From contig JALDTO010000207.1 of NCBI GenBank assembly GCA_023515725.1, positions 175,343 to 239,342 of the forward strand: 64,000 nucleotides of DNA. The letters are read 5' to 3'. Below are positions 26,718 to 39,512 of the stretch, piece by piece. The position numbers were made by a program, and so were the translations under genes. Within the stretch, counting starts at the first letter, position 1, and each line of letters opens with the position of its first letter. The notes below the pieces were generated by a model that saw nothing but the letters and a program-made list of their open reading frames with translations, did not search any database and was not told where the DNA came from. Source of the stretch: Amoeboaphelidium protococcarum X5. Its lineage: Eukaryota > Fungi > Aphelidiomycota.

Positions 26718-26945
26718 TTGACGTTTTCTTATTAAGGATCGTCATGGTAGATCATGAGGCGATCCTAAAAGTCAGAAAAATTTTGTTCACTGGCGCGTAG
26801 TACAGTAGTCATTGCTTTTAATCCGTACTTTGGAGATATGAAAGTTTTATTTTGTTTATAATAATGGTGAAGTATAAGGGCGCGGTGTAAATATAAATTT
26901 ATTCCTTCGAAAGTGTTAACTCTGAGTCTATTTGAAACAAGTGGT

Positions 26946-27444
26946 ATGATGCAGATTTTAATGTTTCTGGTGGTTGGCCTGCTGTGGGGTGGGACAAATC
27001 CTTGGTTGAAGCTGGCAGCACAGCGTCAAGTCCCTCCACAGTCTCTCCTCATGCTCCCCAAGTCTTTGAGGTAGACTGTGTATCTGCTGACTGACTATCA
27101 CTATCTTCTTCCGCTATTATTGAATTTGAGCGGATCCATTCTGTACTACAAGACTCTACGAGACTACGGTAAAATTCTGTATAAAATCACTGTCAAAGAC
27201 ATAGTTATTGTTTTAGTTACTATGCAAGTAGATTTGAAAATGGCTGTACCTATTGCCAATTCTTTAACGTTTATATTTACGCACTTGATGGGATACGCCA
27301 TTGGGGAACCGTTCGGCTCTTATAGTTAGTTTACGCGTTTTACTTGATAAAATTATTCATCTATCACATCTCTGCTGTGTAGAAACTATGTTAGGAATAT
27401 CTTTGGTAATTGCTGGCGTGGCTGTATGTCTCAGAAATAGTTGA
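26946..27444 (+). CDS. TMEM234 family membrane protein; introns 27169-27231 and 27325-27382
   Basis: VGLLWGGTNPWLK, PLLLNLSGSILYY, DLKMAVPIANSLTFIFT, GE. Confidence 0.85.
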
Positions 27445-27721
27445 TAAAGAATATACTGTACATGATACGTGATTAAAGTCTCTGAAGGCGAGCAATATTG
27501 AGACATTTCATTTCAAGCACAGAGTGAAGTTGAAACAAACGACCATTTTCCTTGTCTGTCTCTTTCGCGTTTGTTTCACCGCGTTTCATCTTCTTCGTTG
27601 TGGCACATTCTTTCACTAACTCTTACACGTTCTACTTTATTATATCAACTGCATTATTTGTGGCTTTATTCATACTTGAACATTATAATTCATAGTGATC
27701 ACTGTTTCATAAGAGTATAAA

Positions 27722-29875
27722 ATGCCTAGTACAACGTCTCTGTTGTTTAAAGGAGTAAAATTTGCTATTGGATCGGATGTTCCTGAAATTGACTTTAACG
27801 TTCTAGTTGCTTATATCGAACATTATGGAGGTGAAGTTGCTGATTATACTTGCCAAGATCCAGTTACACTTATTATCACTTGTAATTACGATTTTAAATC
27901 GGTTAATGCGTCCCTTAATTACATACTCCCCCATTATATTGATGATTGTGTGAAATATGGTGTCACGCTGCCTATGGATGAGTACTTGCTGCCGGATGCT
28001 AAATTGCTCAGTCACTCTGATAATCCTGTGACTACAGATTCACTTTAGAAAATGATTCCTGAGGTTATGGTACCAATGTTAAATTCTTCATCTGATAACT
28101 TGGAATTGGGTAACTATTTAGCTGGTAAGTCTGTGTACTTTCACGTTCCTTCACCCAAGAGTCCGGAATACGATACCGCGATTTCGTCATTGTCAGATGT
28201 TCTTCTACTCAATAATGTAAATGTGGTTTCTAATACTCAAGCAGATATTGATATAGTTGTATCTCTCGTAGAAGACTCTTTTACTGATCTATAAAAGTCT
28301 CGTGGATCTATTGTCCTATCTCCTTTTCTGTTAGTATCGCAGATACAGTAAGCAAGTTCGAAGTCTTATAATTCTCGGTGGACACTTTCACCTCTATTGA
28401 GAGAGCCTCGTAAAATTGTTAAATCTTTAAAGAATCATGTAATCTGTATTACGAATTATGTGGGATGTGCTAGAGATTTGATTAAACTAATGATAAGTCT
28501 GACTGGTGGTTCGTATTCCAGTGTGATGGACAGGTCCGTAACAGTTCTTGTATCATCCTGCTAGTTTGGTAAAAAGTATGATGCAGCTCAATCATGGGGC
28601 ATTAACGCTGTAAATCATTTGTGGTTGGAAGACTGTTTGCTCTTAGGGCGTTTACAACCTTTTACCAGGCAGCGGTATGCGGTGGGATGTAATCCTATAT
28701 CCTTGAATCTCCTTGTTGGCAGAGAGTATTGTTATTCAGCTTCTACTATTGAATCCACTCCAGTTCCGTAAGTTGATACAGCTCCAACAGCGGATGCAGT
28801 GAAGTAATAAAAAATAGTAGAATGCAAGGTTGGACCATCAGCAATTATAAATCAAGAAGTGCCAATCCAAGTGAATACAACCAAGGCCAAGGTAGATTCT
28901 GCTTAGTAATAGAATGTTATCCAGCGAAAATTGAATGATGATATTGATTATGATGATAACAAGCGTGATAAAAGTCGAAAGAGAAGAGCCAGAACTGATT
29001 CAGTTAGTACCGTTAGTATTCTTGAAATTAAAGATGTTGTGGCTGGTGGTAATTAAAAGCAAGATTATGATCTAGATGAAATTAGGCGTCGACAGTCACT
29101 GAGCTCAACTGTGAAGAAGGCAAGAATCTCAGGCTCAACCCAGATACCCTCTGCTCACAAATCTGTGGATGATTTTGAGTCTGATAATCTTGCTATTAGG
29201 GACGAAAATGCTAGCAGTGCTCTTTAAAATGCTAATGTTATCAAGAACTAAGAACAAAAGGTTTTCATGTCGAATTTAAAGCCAATCAAAGTTGCATTCA
29301 CTGGAATCAAAAGACCGGCTGAATTGATACCTAAAATGACAGAATTGAATCTTTTAGAAACTTCAAATGTGTGTGAAGCGTCTCATCTAATCACCAATAG
29401 AATTGCAAGAACGGAGAAGTTTATGTGTGCCGTTGCCTGTTGTAGTTATATAGTAACTCTCAATTGGCTTGAAGATTCTATCAAAAAGAAGTAGATTCAA
29501 GACGAGAATTTCTATGCACTCAAAGACGTGGAGAGTGAGAAAGCTCTAAACTTCAGCCTTACCCATGCACTAAATCAGGCCAAGTAGAAGAAGGTATTCA
29601 CTGGTCTTACATTCTATCCAACACCTAAAGTCGTGCCTCCTTTCAAGACTCTCAAAACTATAATTGAGAATCACGGCGGAACTCTCATTGATCCTCATTA
29701 AGTGGCTATTGAATCCTTGGATATAAATTCAACTGTAATCTCCTGTCAAGAGGATGAAAAACTGTGGACTCAGTTGCGACAACGTGGCTTCACTGTGTAC
29801 TACTCTGAACTGGTTCTATGCGCAGCGATAACTTAAAATCTGGACAACAAGACATACAAAATTACTTCCAAATGA
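27722..29875 (+). CDS. Multi-BRCT DNA-damage scaffold (Rtt107/Brc1/PTIP-like), 717 aa
   Basis: ICITNYVGCARDLIKLMI..GGSY, GKKYDAAQSWGINAVNHLWLEDC, SHLITNRIARTEKFMCAV..IVTLNWLEDS, IIENHGG. Confidence 0.82.
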
Positions 29876-30068
29876 TCAATTAAGATATAAATTGCATAAC
29901 TTACAAAATTTCATATTTAAGGCTTTTAATATTGTCCCATTTTCAAGCATTGTTTGGCATACAACATTCAGCAAGTCCGACCAAAATGAAAATTTGAAAA
30001 TTTGGCTATACGACTCTCTTCGACTCATCAGACTGAAATCAAAGAAACTACGAGATTAAGTTAGAAGA

Positions 30069-31991
30069 ATGCCAGTAGAAATTGGGGACGTGTTATTAGA
30101 TATCAAGTGCAGCGAAAGTGAAGATATATACGTGAATCATTATAATGAAGATTATCCACTGCTTAAAGTGAGCCAAGCCTAGACAAACGCTGGTGTATAG
30201 TAGAAGCAACAAGTATACAAGGTAGATCTGATTGACATGAATGGAAAAGATGTCAAAACTTGGGTGTTGGCTGATAATGGACGCGTCATTTGCATTAAAT
30301 CTGCCACAGTAAAGGATAAAGCTGTATTTTATGCTTTAATGAAGGATGGCTAGAAGGATGATGGTTGTGCATATCGCGTTAAATTTTGGTATCTATCTGA
30401 TGATATCGAACAAGCCTTGACTAAAGATTATAGCGCGGGGATTGCTGATATGTTTCCTATTTCATTGAATGGAGACTAGATTAGAGTGTTGGTAGTTTTA
30501 GTCACTGGTCGCATCATCTTAGCTGATGAAACTCTTAGTGTAATATCAGAAGTGGATTGCGGTGTCGATTGCCATGTCACTAAATGCTTTTATGAACAAC
30601 AAAAGTTGTGTGTTGTCGTCAACGGCGCGTCATTGTGCTTTGTTAAAGTTTCGCTGAATTCATTACACTGTGGAGAGGATCGAAAGTCATTGCCATCCAA
30701 TACGGATTTCGTTGGCTTTTAGGATTCACTGCTATTGGTTCAAGATCTAAATACGCGTAAATTGGGAGTGATAAGTTTTGCAGCGAGTTCAATAGACACT
30801 TAATTTATTGATATCGCCTAATTATCTGTAGAGTGTGTTTGTTCTATCGGTGAGTAACATCTTGCTCTATCCGTAAAGCGAGATGATAATAGTGAAAAGA
30901 AGGATATTATATTCTATGATGTGGAATATGGTTTAGCTGTGAGTTAGAAGTCTTTGTCATTAGGCGGCGCAATCAAAGATCTAAAAGTTATCTGCGCTCC
31001 TGATTAAAAGTATCTGGGTCTCAGAACTACAAGCTAAGTCGCGATTATTCCATTTGATGTAGAGTAGAATCATATTGCTGATCTTCTATCATTGCCGCCT
31101 AATACTCAGAAATAAATCATGGACAATGAGATCAAATCTGTGACGATTAATAATCTTAGGTAGAGATATTTGCAGTAGAAGGATTTGCCATCTCCTGATG
31201 AGTTATAAGCGATTGTTGTTGCGATGGTTCAGAATTAATTATACTGCCCAAAATTGATGAGAGATATGATCTGCGGAGGTGTCAGTTTGACTGAGGAAAC
31301 TATGTAGTTGATTCTAGATCAGTAAGACATAGAAACTTTACTATTCGCGTGTCAAAACTCTACGAATCTAACTGAAAAATGTCTCATTTATGCACTTGGA
31401 TGGTTTTTGGATCAAGTAACTTTGAGAGATTTGAAGAAAGTCGACGCGCTGGTTGATCTACAAAAGCGTATCGCCACAGAAGTTGGACTGCAATTGTAAT
31501 TGCTGGAATTGAGCTTGTAGTATCTCATGTCTATGCCAGTAACAGTGCCTTTTCTGGTTAAAGCTTTATCTGCGCTTAGTGTCGACCATGTCATGATTCT
31601 ACTTCATACTGCGTCTGTGTAGATGCGTAGGCTAGACACTGAGTATGTGTTAAGTAGTTAGCTTCGTGACTTCCATCTATTAACCTTTGATCAATGCTTA
31701 CAATGGACTCAATGTCTTATTGATGCGCATTTATCATCTATTATTTCTAACGACTATCTAAGCTCTTGGCTGAAGGAGTTCCGATGGTATCTTAAAAGCA
31801 GAGTATCGGTGACGCGTGAAGCAAGTCAAATATCTGGACTCTTAACATCAGCGTATAGAATTTAGTAAAAGTTGGAATGGTAATTATCATAGCAGAAGAA
31901 GAATCGCAAATCTAGCAAGTAGGCAAAATCAACTTTATAGCATCTTACTGCTCCTTATGGCGTTGAGATTATAGACTGGAGTCATCACTGA
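30069..31991 (+). CDS. NOL11/Utp8-like nucleolar protein, 640 aa
   Basis: Long ORF; C-terminal LTFDQCLQWTQCLIDAH and PYGVEIIDW resemble the NOL11 C-terminus. Confidence 0.55.
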
Positions 31992-32113
31992 ATATATTTG
32001 AACATCTTCCGTGTTGATCGGCTGGATAAAATGACGTAGTTTTCGCTAATCATCTTTTCCACTTCATTCTTATTACTGAAGATCTGTTATAACTTTTACA
32101 AGCGATTCATACC

Positions 32114-32455
32114 ATGATACGAAGAATAAATTCAATTTTATTAGTCAGGCCTATGAGATTAAAGGTTGATTTCAATAAAGCGGTAGGACCATCCCCACTG
32201 CCACTGAATCCTCAGGAAGAGATGGAAAGGCAGCGGCTATTAAAGGAGCAAGAAAGGCAAGATGCTGAGAATTTGATTAAATTGAATCAGGGTGGTGATG
32301 ATTAGGATGTTAGACATTAAGATGCTGAGCGCGAACCATTACCAGCATTTAAGGATAATATCAACCCAGTTACAGGCGAAGTAAATGGACCTAAAGGTGT
32401 GGAGCCAACACGATTTGGCGATTGGGAAAGGAAGGGTCGCGTCACTGATTTTTGA
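32114..32455 (+). CDS. SDH8: Succinate dehydrogenase assembly factor 4
   Basis: GPSPLPLNPQEE...NPVTGEVNGPKGVEPTRFGDWERKGRVTDF*. Confidence 0.93.
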
Positions 32456-32539
32456 TGACCGTTGTTACAAATAAAATAGTAATCGATACTTATTAAATTA
32501 AATTGATGTAATTTTATAGATGTTCATTATATGAATTCA

Positions 32540-33138
32540 TCATTATCGAGTAAGATACCCAAGTAGACACTTTTCCAACAAATGATCAGCGTTCACCCAA
32601 GCATGATATTTCACTACATTTACACTGGGGCCACGTAATTATCATGAATTAGTAAGCAACACTTATAAATAAAAGTTTACGAAACTTCTAAGTTGCATCT
32701 TTACCAGCAACACTCATCAACATTTATACTCCGCCTGGATGGTACCTTAAGTATGGTGTGATATTATAGACTTTGCCATGAAGTACAAGCCATGCGTCGT
32801 CCTATGTCTTGTGTTGCGCAACCTGATCCATTGTAAATTTTTGTGGCACATTCGACTTCTACATTACATTACATCACAATCACAATACATATCATAGAAA
32901 TATCTAATCAAGATTAAGCTAATCAATTTATCATTACTCTATCTCGGGAATATACTGCCCAGTCAAGGGGACTAAATCCCGGCTCAAGCTCAACCTTCTT
33001 TCGCGATGAGACCACTGGCCGCACTGGACTAAGATAATCTTTTTCTTAATTGGATGAACTAGAGGCACGCTGAATAGAGCCCATCATTGGAAATAGTGGC
33101 GGTTTGGACTTTGAATTCTAGTCATCCTCATCAGACAT
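32540..33138 (-). CDS. Cytochrome b5-like heme-binding protein (Irc21/CYB5R4 N-terminal type), 2 introns
   Basis: RKKVELEPGFSPLDW, DAWLVLHGKVYNITPYLRYHPGG, AGKDAT, YHAWVN..LEKCLLG. Confidence 0.85.
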
Positions 33139-33315
33139 TATTACTATTATTAGTACGGATCTACAGTAGTTGAATACCGAAGTAGTTTACGTAAGTACTG
33201 CAAGTCAAAGAAGCGCGAAAATTTGGTGAAACGTAAAATCAATCGGAATTCGACATGTAAATCATTAAATGAAATACTGGATTTATTAGACTCTAATGGA
33301 AAGTATATTCCCTCT

Positions 33316-33783
33316 TCATATCTTGAGAGCTCCTTTTCTGCTGTCTATAAAAAGCAATTTGACTGAGCACATTAACGCGAACACTACCAAGCCGACAGGA
33401 GACAGACCCCAGAGCAGAGCGACTAGAATCATCAAAATGTGCGGCAACTTTACATAATCATTTATGCGGAAACACATCAGCAGAGAAATCGCGTCCCCCA
33501 TCCAAAAGTGCAGCCAGCTCATCAAGACAAATTCTTTCAATTGTAAACATTTGGCAAAACCATCCAGACTCAGCACGTCAATATCGGTTGGCACCTTCTA
33601 TCCATCGAAAGATTTCCCGGTGATTACAATGTAAGATATGATCACGGTGTACGCGACAGCTGGAAGCAGTGCTGCCAAAGCAATAGCGACATTAACGTAG
33701 CGACTCTTTGGCGCAATAGCCAGGTAAATGAATGCAATCAAGCAAATAAAAGTGCTCTTATATACGATATCTAAAGCCTGCAT
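33316..33783 (-). CDS. Hypothetical multi-pass membrane protein, 155 aa
   Basis: Two in-frame ORF pieces joined by TAG; several hydrophobic segments; TGA at 33316. Confidence 0.55.
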
Positions 33784-33963
33784 TGTATTGAAAGTGTGTC
33801 GTTCGAATCAATCAGGAGTTGAAAACGGTTTCACACTCTCCTGGATTCTTCTATACCTGGCTGTAAAGAGTGGTGAGTTACTACTGTTTAGGAGGGAAAT
33901 CTTTACTAATAACACGTAAGCAACATATTTAATTAAATATTTAATATGTGAATAATATCAATA

Positions 33964-34473
33964 TCATTGTTCAATGGCTCCCTTCAATTGTTCATAGTAC
34001 TGACTCATTGCATCAGCATCAAACTTTAGAGTATTCCAATCCTTAATCACTAATCCAGAGCTAGTAAGAGGCTTTGGAATCATGTGAAAGTGAACCTACA
34101 ATTTAGAAATTATGAGCATATAAATTCAATCAGAATTAAATAAATACAGTCTTACGTGTGGAACTTCCTAATGAGCAATACCACCATTGTTCTACAGTAT
34201 ATTGTATCCAATTTCCTCACCATCTTTCTAGAGTTCCTACTGCTTGGCCAACTTGACATAGCCACGCGCAACTTGTCTCATCACAATCGATAAATCCTTA
34301 AGACCATCATCGTTTTGCAAGTCGTGTAAATATCTGCCATGCTCTTTGGGAATGATGACTGTATGATGAGCAGAAAGTGGTCCAATATCCTGGAACGCCA
34401 GAGTATACTGAGTTTCCACCAGTATTTTTGCCGGAATTTCCTTGGCAATAATTCTACAAAAAATGCAGCTCAT
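33964..34473 (-). CDS. HNT1: HIT family nucleotide hydrolase; intron 34096-34155
   Basis: CIFCRII, AFQDIGP, IIPKEH, YNILQNNG, AHQEVPH|VHFHMIPK. Confidence 0.93.
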
Positions 34474-34841
34474 ACCTTACTAAGAGTTCTGTAATGATAT
34501 TGTTATTGTTTTGACTAAATAAAGGGGAAAAGGTAAGTAGCAAGAGATTTTAAGAGCAGGAAAATGACTGAGAACTGTTCAGATAGATTAGCTATTCGCG
34601 TCTGTCATCGCATCAAATCTATTATAACATTCAGAGTAAAATTTAAAGTCTCTGTAACTGAAATAATTTCATATTTTCAACAAAGAGTATAGAGATTAAC
34701 GCGATATATTTATTAAAAGCCGTTCTGTAGCAATCAAATGTTTCATTTCGTACAGAATATTTGTTGGTCGATCGCTGACTGATTGAAGAATCCTCCATTT
34801 TGCATTCTGCTTTTCAGATATCTTATTTAAAACGACAGAAA

Positions 34842-35549
34842 ATGAACTAAGAGAAAGGTAAATAACAGGCATAATAGTAGAAGCGATAATAAGGCGATGT
34901 GAATAATTAATCGCATGGTTAGTCCTGGTTCAAGCAATAACATCATGCTGATATCAATTTGGGAAGTTCTTTCACTTAGTTCCTGAATGCTGCTCATAAT
35001 CTCCCAGATTTTGTGCATGGTAATAGTACACTTGGTACATCTTTTAATATGAATGAACACGACGCTGCTGGTTCTAATATGGTGGCACTGAATGATCCGC
35101 TGAATAATAGCACAAACATAGTGATGGATGATCCTTTGAATCAGAGCGGGAGTGGTGGTGCATTTGGTATATCTCAACTGTTGCAATAGCATCATAACAA
35201 TCATGGCCAGTCGAGTTCTCATCGTTCATCGCTATAGAATTAGCAAGACCAAATGGCTGGTAATAATACCAGCATTCTACCTGGGCTCCATCTTAACTTT
35301 AATAACACCTCATAAATGCTTACACCGCTCAGCGCCGGACTCTACTCTCAAGATCAACTTAATCTGGGACATTTGAATAATGGCGGCGGCATCCCCCAAA
35401 ATATACCACTGTAATAGTAGCAGTAACAATAATAACAGCCATAGTTTAGAATTAAGTCCAATGGACCTATAACATCGCGATTCAACTTGAACCTGTAAAA
35501 TAGTAATTCTCCAACATCAATGATGATTAATTAGAGTTAGGTAATATGA
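34842..35549 (+). CDS. Gln/Asn-rich low-complexity protein, 235 aa
   Basis: Open from ATG to TGA only with TAR=Gln; polyQ tracts mix TAA/TAG/CAA/CAG. Confidence 0.55.
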
Positions 35550-35631
35550 AAGAATGTAGCAATTTATTCCAAATCTATTCTACTTTACATTTCAATTATT
35601 CTTTATACTTTATCATTCATCCACACATAAA

Positions 35632-36262
35632 TCATAGCGACGTTCCCACATCTGGAGTCTTGGTGTTTTAGGCCACGAATTGATGCAGTTATTCACGTCT
35701 TCTATGCAGCTATTCCAATACCCATTTCATGCCCTCCCGACTCTTTTCAATATTCACTCCAAACCTTTTTAGGCCAAACTGTTCAATCTTGTTCGTGATT
35801 CCCCATCCGAATGAACTAACAATCCTCGCCTAAGCATTCACCAATGTCCAGCTACTATTATCTTCATGAGGCTTGTACTCCAGCGTCTCTTCAATGGCCA
35901 TTATACCGCGATGGGACAAGTTTTTAGTCTTTGTGATCATCACTCGCTCCACTGGATCCACAACGGATTCTTCTATAATATATGCATAATTATTCTTCAT
36001 AATCTTGAATCCCCATTTCGGAACATTGCCAGTCTTTAAAAATATCCGTGTCGAGTGTAGCCGGCCATCAGGTGTGAGTTTCCTCTCAATCGTGTCTGAT
36101 GATATGACATGTGACGCAAATGGATTCGGATATTTGAGCCACTATGCCATGCTCACATCACTCCAAGGGTGTCTACAATACAAAGCGATTATATATGTAT
36201 AAATAAGATTGTATTTCTTTCTAGACTTACTCGTAGAAAAATTTCGATTTATATAATTTCAT
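35632..36262 (-). CDS. PRELI/Ups1-like mitochondrial lipid transfer protein; intron 36173-36230
   Basis: HPWSDVS, KYPNPFASHVISSD, YIIEESVVDP, TKNLSH, IEQFGLKRF. Confidence 0.9.
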
Positions 36263-36451
36263 AATTGTTGTATCTGCTTGATAAAATCTTCCTAATGAGT
36301 CAAAAATCATTGATTCGGTGAGAGAAAAAGTTTGATGGCGAAGCTTTCGTGATCTGACGATAACCATCAACATAGTCAAAGTAGTGTTAGAACGCGATAT
36401 TATCTCTAAATGACTTATCACACAGTTACGAAAATGTATATAATATTAAAA

Positions 36452-37735
36452 TCATTCTTCATTCGGTTGCTTTGCGGATAAAGTCTACTCTTAAGATTCT
36501 ACATTAGACTCATCTTTGGTTGATATTTGTTGTCTAAGAAGCTTCAACTGCTATTTCTCTATCCAATCTTTATGCAAGTCTTCCCATACATCAGTCTTGA
36601 TCTACACCTCCTCATCTCCGAGGAGCATAGCCTCAATCTCCTCATCATTTTCAAGATCGGACCAAGTGCTCACATTCGAATCCACAACTGCATCAGTCCA
36701 AGTTCTCTCAAAACGTAGAGTAGTGTCAGCTTAAGGTTCTTTTCTTCCGCTTGCATTACTAAATGTAGCATTAGATGATAAGCCATCCAAGCCTGCAGTA
36801 TGAGGATGATGGATAGCACTAGATGTCGATGCCTAAATCTGATGTGTTCTAGACTACTATTTAAAAGACGGAGGGTGACATTCTTCAGTTAGATCAGTGA
36901 CACGAAACTGATCCACAGACAACTCGGCCGATGGAGTTTCCATAAACTCATTCAAGCGACTACGCAGAGTCATATCACCAATTTTAACCACGCGAATAAT
37001 ATCATACTGTGTTCGCTTGAAGCCATGCATTCGGCAAGCAATCAAGAGAGAAGCACCACAAATTCCATTCGGACGTCTTCCCAAATGGATCCAATCGCGT
37101 TTCATACGTTAGACAAGACGAAGCGCGTCCGTTGTGACTTGATGAGTCTTCTCGCCCAATTCGAGCTGAGCCGCGAAACGAGAAAGATAGAGAGACGGGT
37201 CGATGAGAGGCAGTTTCAAATCTAGTACGCGTATCAGCTTGAGGAATGTATTACCGAGGGAGTAGACATTGACATGCAGCACATCGCTGAAATCTATGAG
37301 CATATGCACAGTCTTCTCCTATCGGCAGACAATGTACAGGCAGGCGGCGATGACATGAGAGCCTTTCCTTCCCTGCGTGAATTCTTTCATCAGGGCCATC
37401 TTGTAGCATTGAGTGGCTCTATCAATGTGATAATCATTCAGACCCTTCAGCGCATATGCCACCTCTTAAATTTTTCTCTTGGCATTAGCGATAGTCTCCT
37501 CTCTGGACTATGATGCATTGATACGCCTATTTCGCAGAGTGAGTGACCTCAGACCGGTACGATCTTGTGCAACAAATTAGCCTATCATTCTCGACGATCC
37601 ATCGCCACCTTCAATAAACGTCACCTCACTCGTAATAGTATTTTCTTCCACGACAACACCACAGGATGTACAATAGGATGATCCAGTTGTGCTGTCATAT
37701 TCAATAATGGATCCAGGACAACTCTCGCACGGCAT
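36452..37735 (-). CDS. BRF1: TFIIIB subunit Brf1, 427 aa
   Basis: Zn ribbon CESC...CTSCGVVVEEN, HMLIDFSD, IDPSLYLSRFA, MKRDWIHLGRRPNGICGASLLIACRMHGF, EECHPPSF. Confidence 0.95.
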
Positions 37736-38480
37736 TCTCGAACAGGGTACCTTTTATGAACAGACAGTACAGTGGTAAAGGCAATGAAGTTCAATGACTG
37801 GGTGTTGATGAAAAAAGGGAAAACTGGCGCGAAGCGAAATTTACGACAAATTTCAGCTATATTCGCGCGTTTCGTTTCAGCCTCCTTGATTTGAAAGTGC
37901 GATCTCACTGTGAGTTGTCTATATCTTTTGCATTACCTTCTTAATTCTTACAATTATTATTATTATTATTGTTGATACTAATGTCAGTCAATTGATAGAT
38001 TTGTTGCATAAACAGAAATTTTCAAGTCACTTTGTTTAACGCCACGGCTCTCTTTCTGCAGATAAGCAGCGCGAAATCTAAACTTTTTCTCCGCATCTCC
38101 GTCAACTTCTTTTCTTACGAATAGGCATCTAATACAAAGCTCTTAATCCCATTACATACGGCAAAGCTAACTGATGTTGTAGATTTGGTGGTAATAGCAT
38201 CTCGATTTTGATAGTAAAATCTGTAGTCAATGTGAAGAATGTTGTGAGCCAGTGAAGGTCGTGAGTAAATGATTCCATCAGCAAACTGTCAAGAGTTTGC
38301 TATTAGTGCTACTAATTAGTCACCGAATAGTCAATCTCTGGACAGAGTTTCTAGTCGCTAATCCGATAGAGATTTCGGTGGAGATGTCTTTGAGAGTCGC
38401 TGTGTTAAATAAGAATTGTACTCACAAGCGCTACCATTAGCGCATTCTACGTATTTAATATACAAACTGGTAACATCACA

Positions 38481-39131
38481 ATGGAAGAGCATATGCCCCG
38501 TTACCACAGCTATAACTGGCCCGACTCCGATCATATTTGGCACTATGAAGATGAATGGGCTTTAGAGGTCGGTCTCCGTCGCTACGGAATGCATTCAAAC
38601 AAATATGAATTGATGCTGGCAGATCCTGAGCTTGGTGATTTAACCACTTACGCGGTGGAAGAACTGAAGCGTAAGGCTGTAGAGGTCCTCCAATAAATGG
38701 TTAGAGTCGGGCGCTAGATGGATGAGATGGGTGGCTTCATCTTCGCTGCAACCAGTGTTGAGGAATACATCCACGACTGCTATTACCCTCGTTAGATGGC
38801 AGAGGAGTATGAAGTGTTTGCCGCTGAGAAGGATGCTGATCTGGCAACTGTTCAACCGCTGGATGTAGCCAACGGTGAGAGACTCCCTTCTCCTCTGCCA
38901 TGGAGACTACCTACTCCCTTTCCTGCTCTCACCGAAATACAAGAGTACATACAGGATAACGATAATTATTTAACCAAATCAAATGGAGATTACTCTGACA
39001 GGGATGGTTCGTCCTCTTCCGGTGTGTGGGTCCTGATGCTGCGTCTCTTTTGGTTGGCCCGTTTTTAATTTTCGTCTAAGGGATACTACTATATGATTGA
39101 AAATTACTAAACAGTTAAAACCAATCTATGA
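38481..39131 (+). CDS. Myb/telobox-like domain protein (ends uncertain)
   Basis: WHYEDEWALEVGLRRYG...YELMLADPEL...VEELKRK resembles the TRF/Tay1-type Myb domain; frame open with TAR=Gln. Confidence 0.5.
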
Positions 39132-39512
39132 AACCCTTTAATCATTGTGCCTCGTTGGAGATTTAACCTACATTTTTCAATTCTCGAAGTTTTGGCTTTA
39201 AACCTGTATGCAAATAGATGCATATGACTTTGATCTGCATGCTATTTAAAAAGATTCATATAAAGTCCAACTTTATGTTTATAATACCATTGAGGTAATG
39301 CCTGACTTACGCATCATACGAATTCACGGCATGACACTCAATTTGAAACTTCTTGTGGTGGGTGATCTGCGCTCCTTTCGCGGACTTTTTGCTTTCTCGC
39401 GGTCGACTTTGTGTTGCACAAAGCGCAGATTCCTTTTACAGATTTTATAAATAAAGAGCAGTTGCGGTAGTACTGTTGGATAAAGACGGCGGTTCTCTAG
39501 ATTTTATACGTC

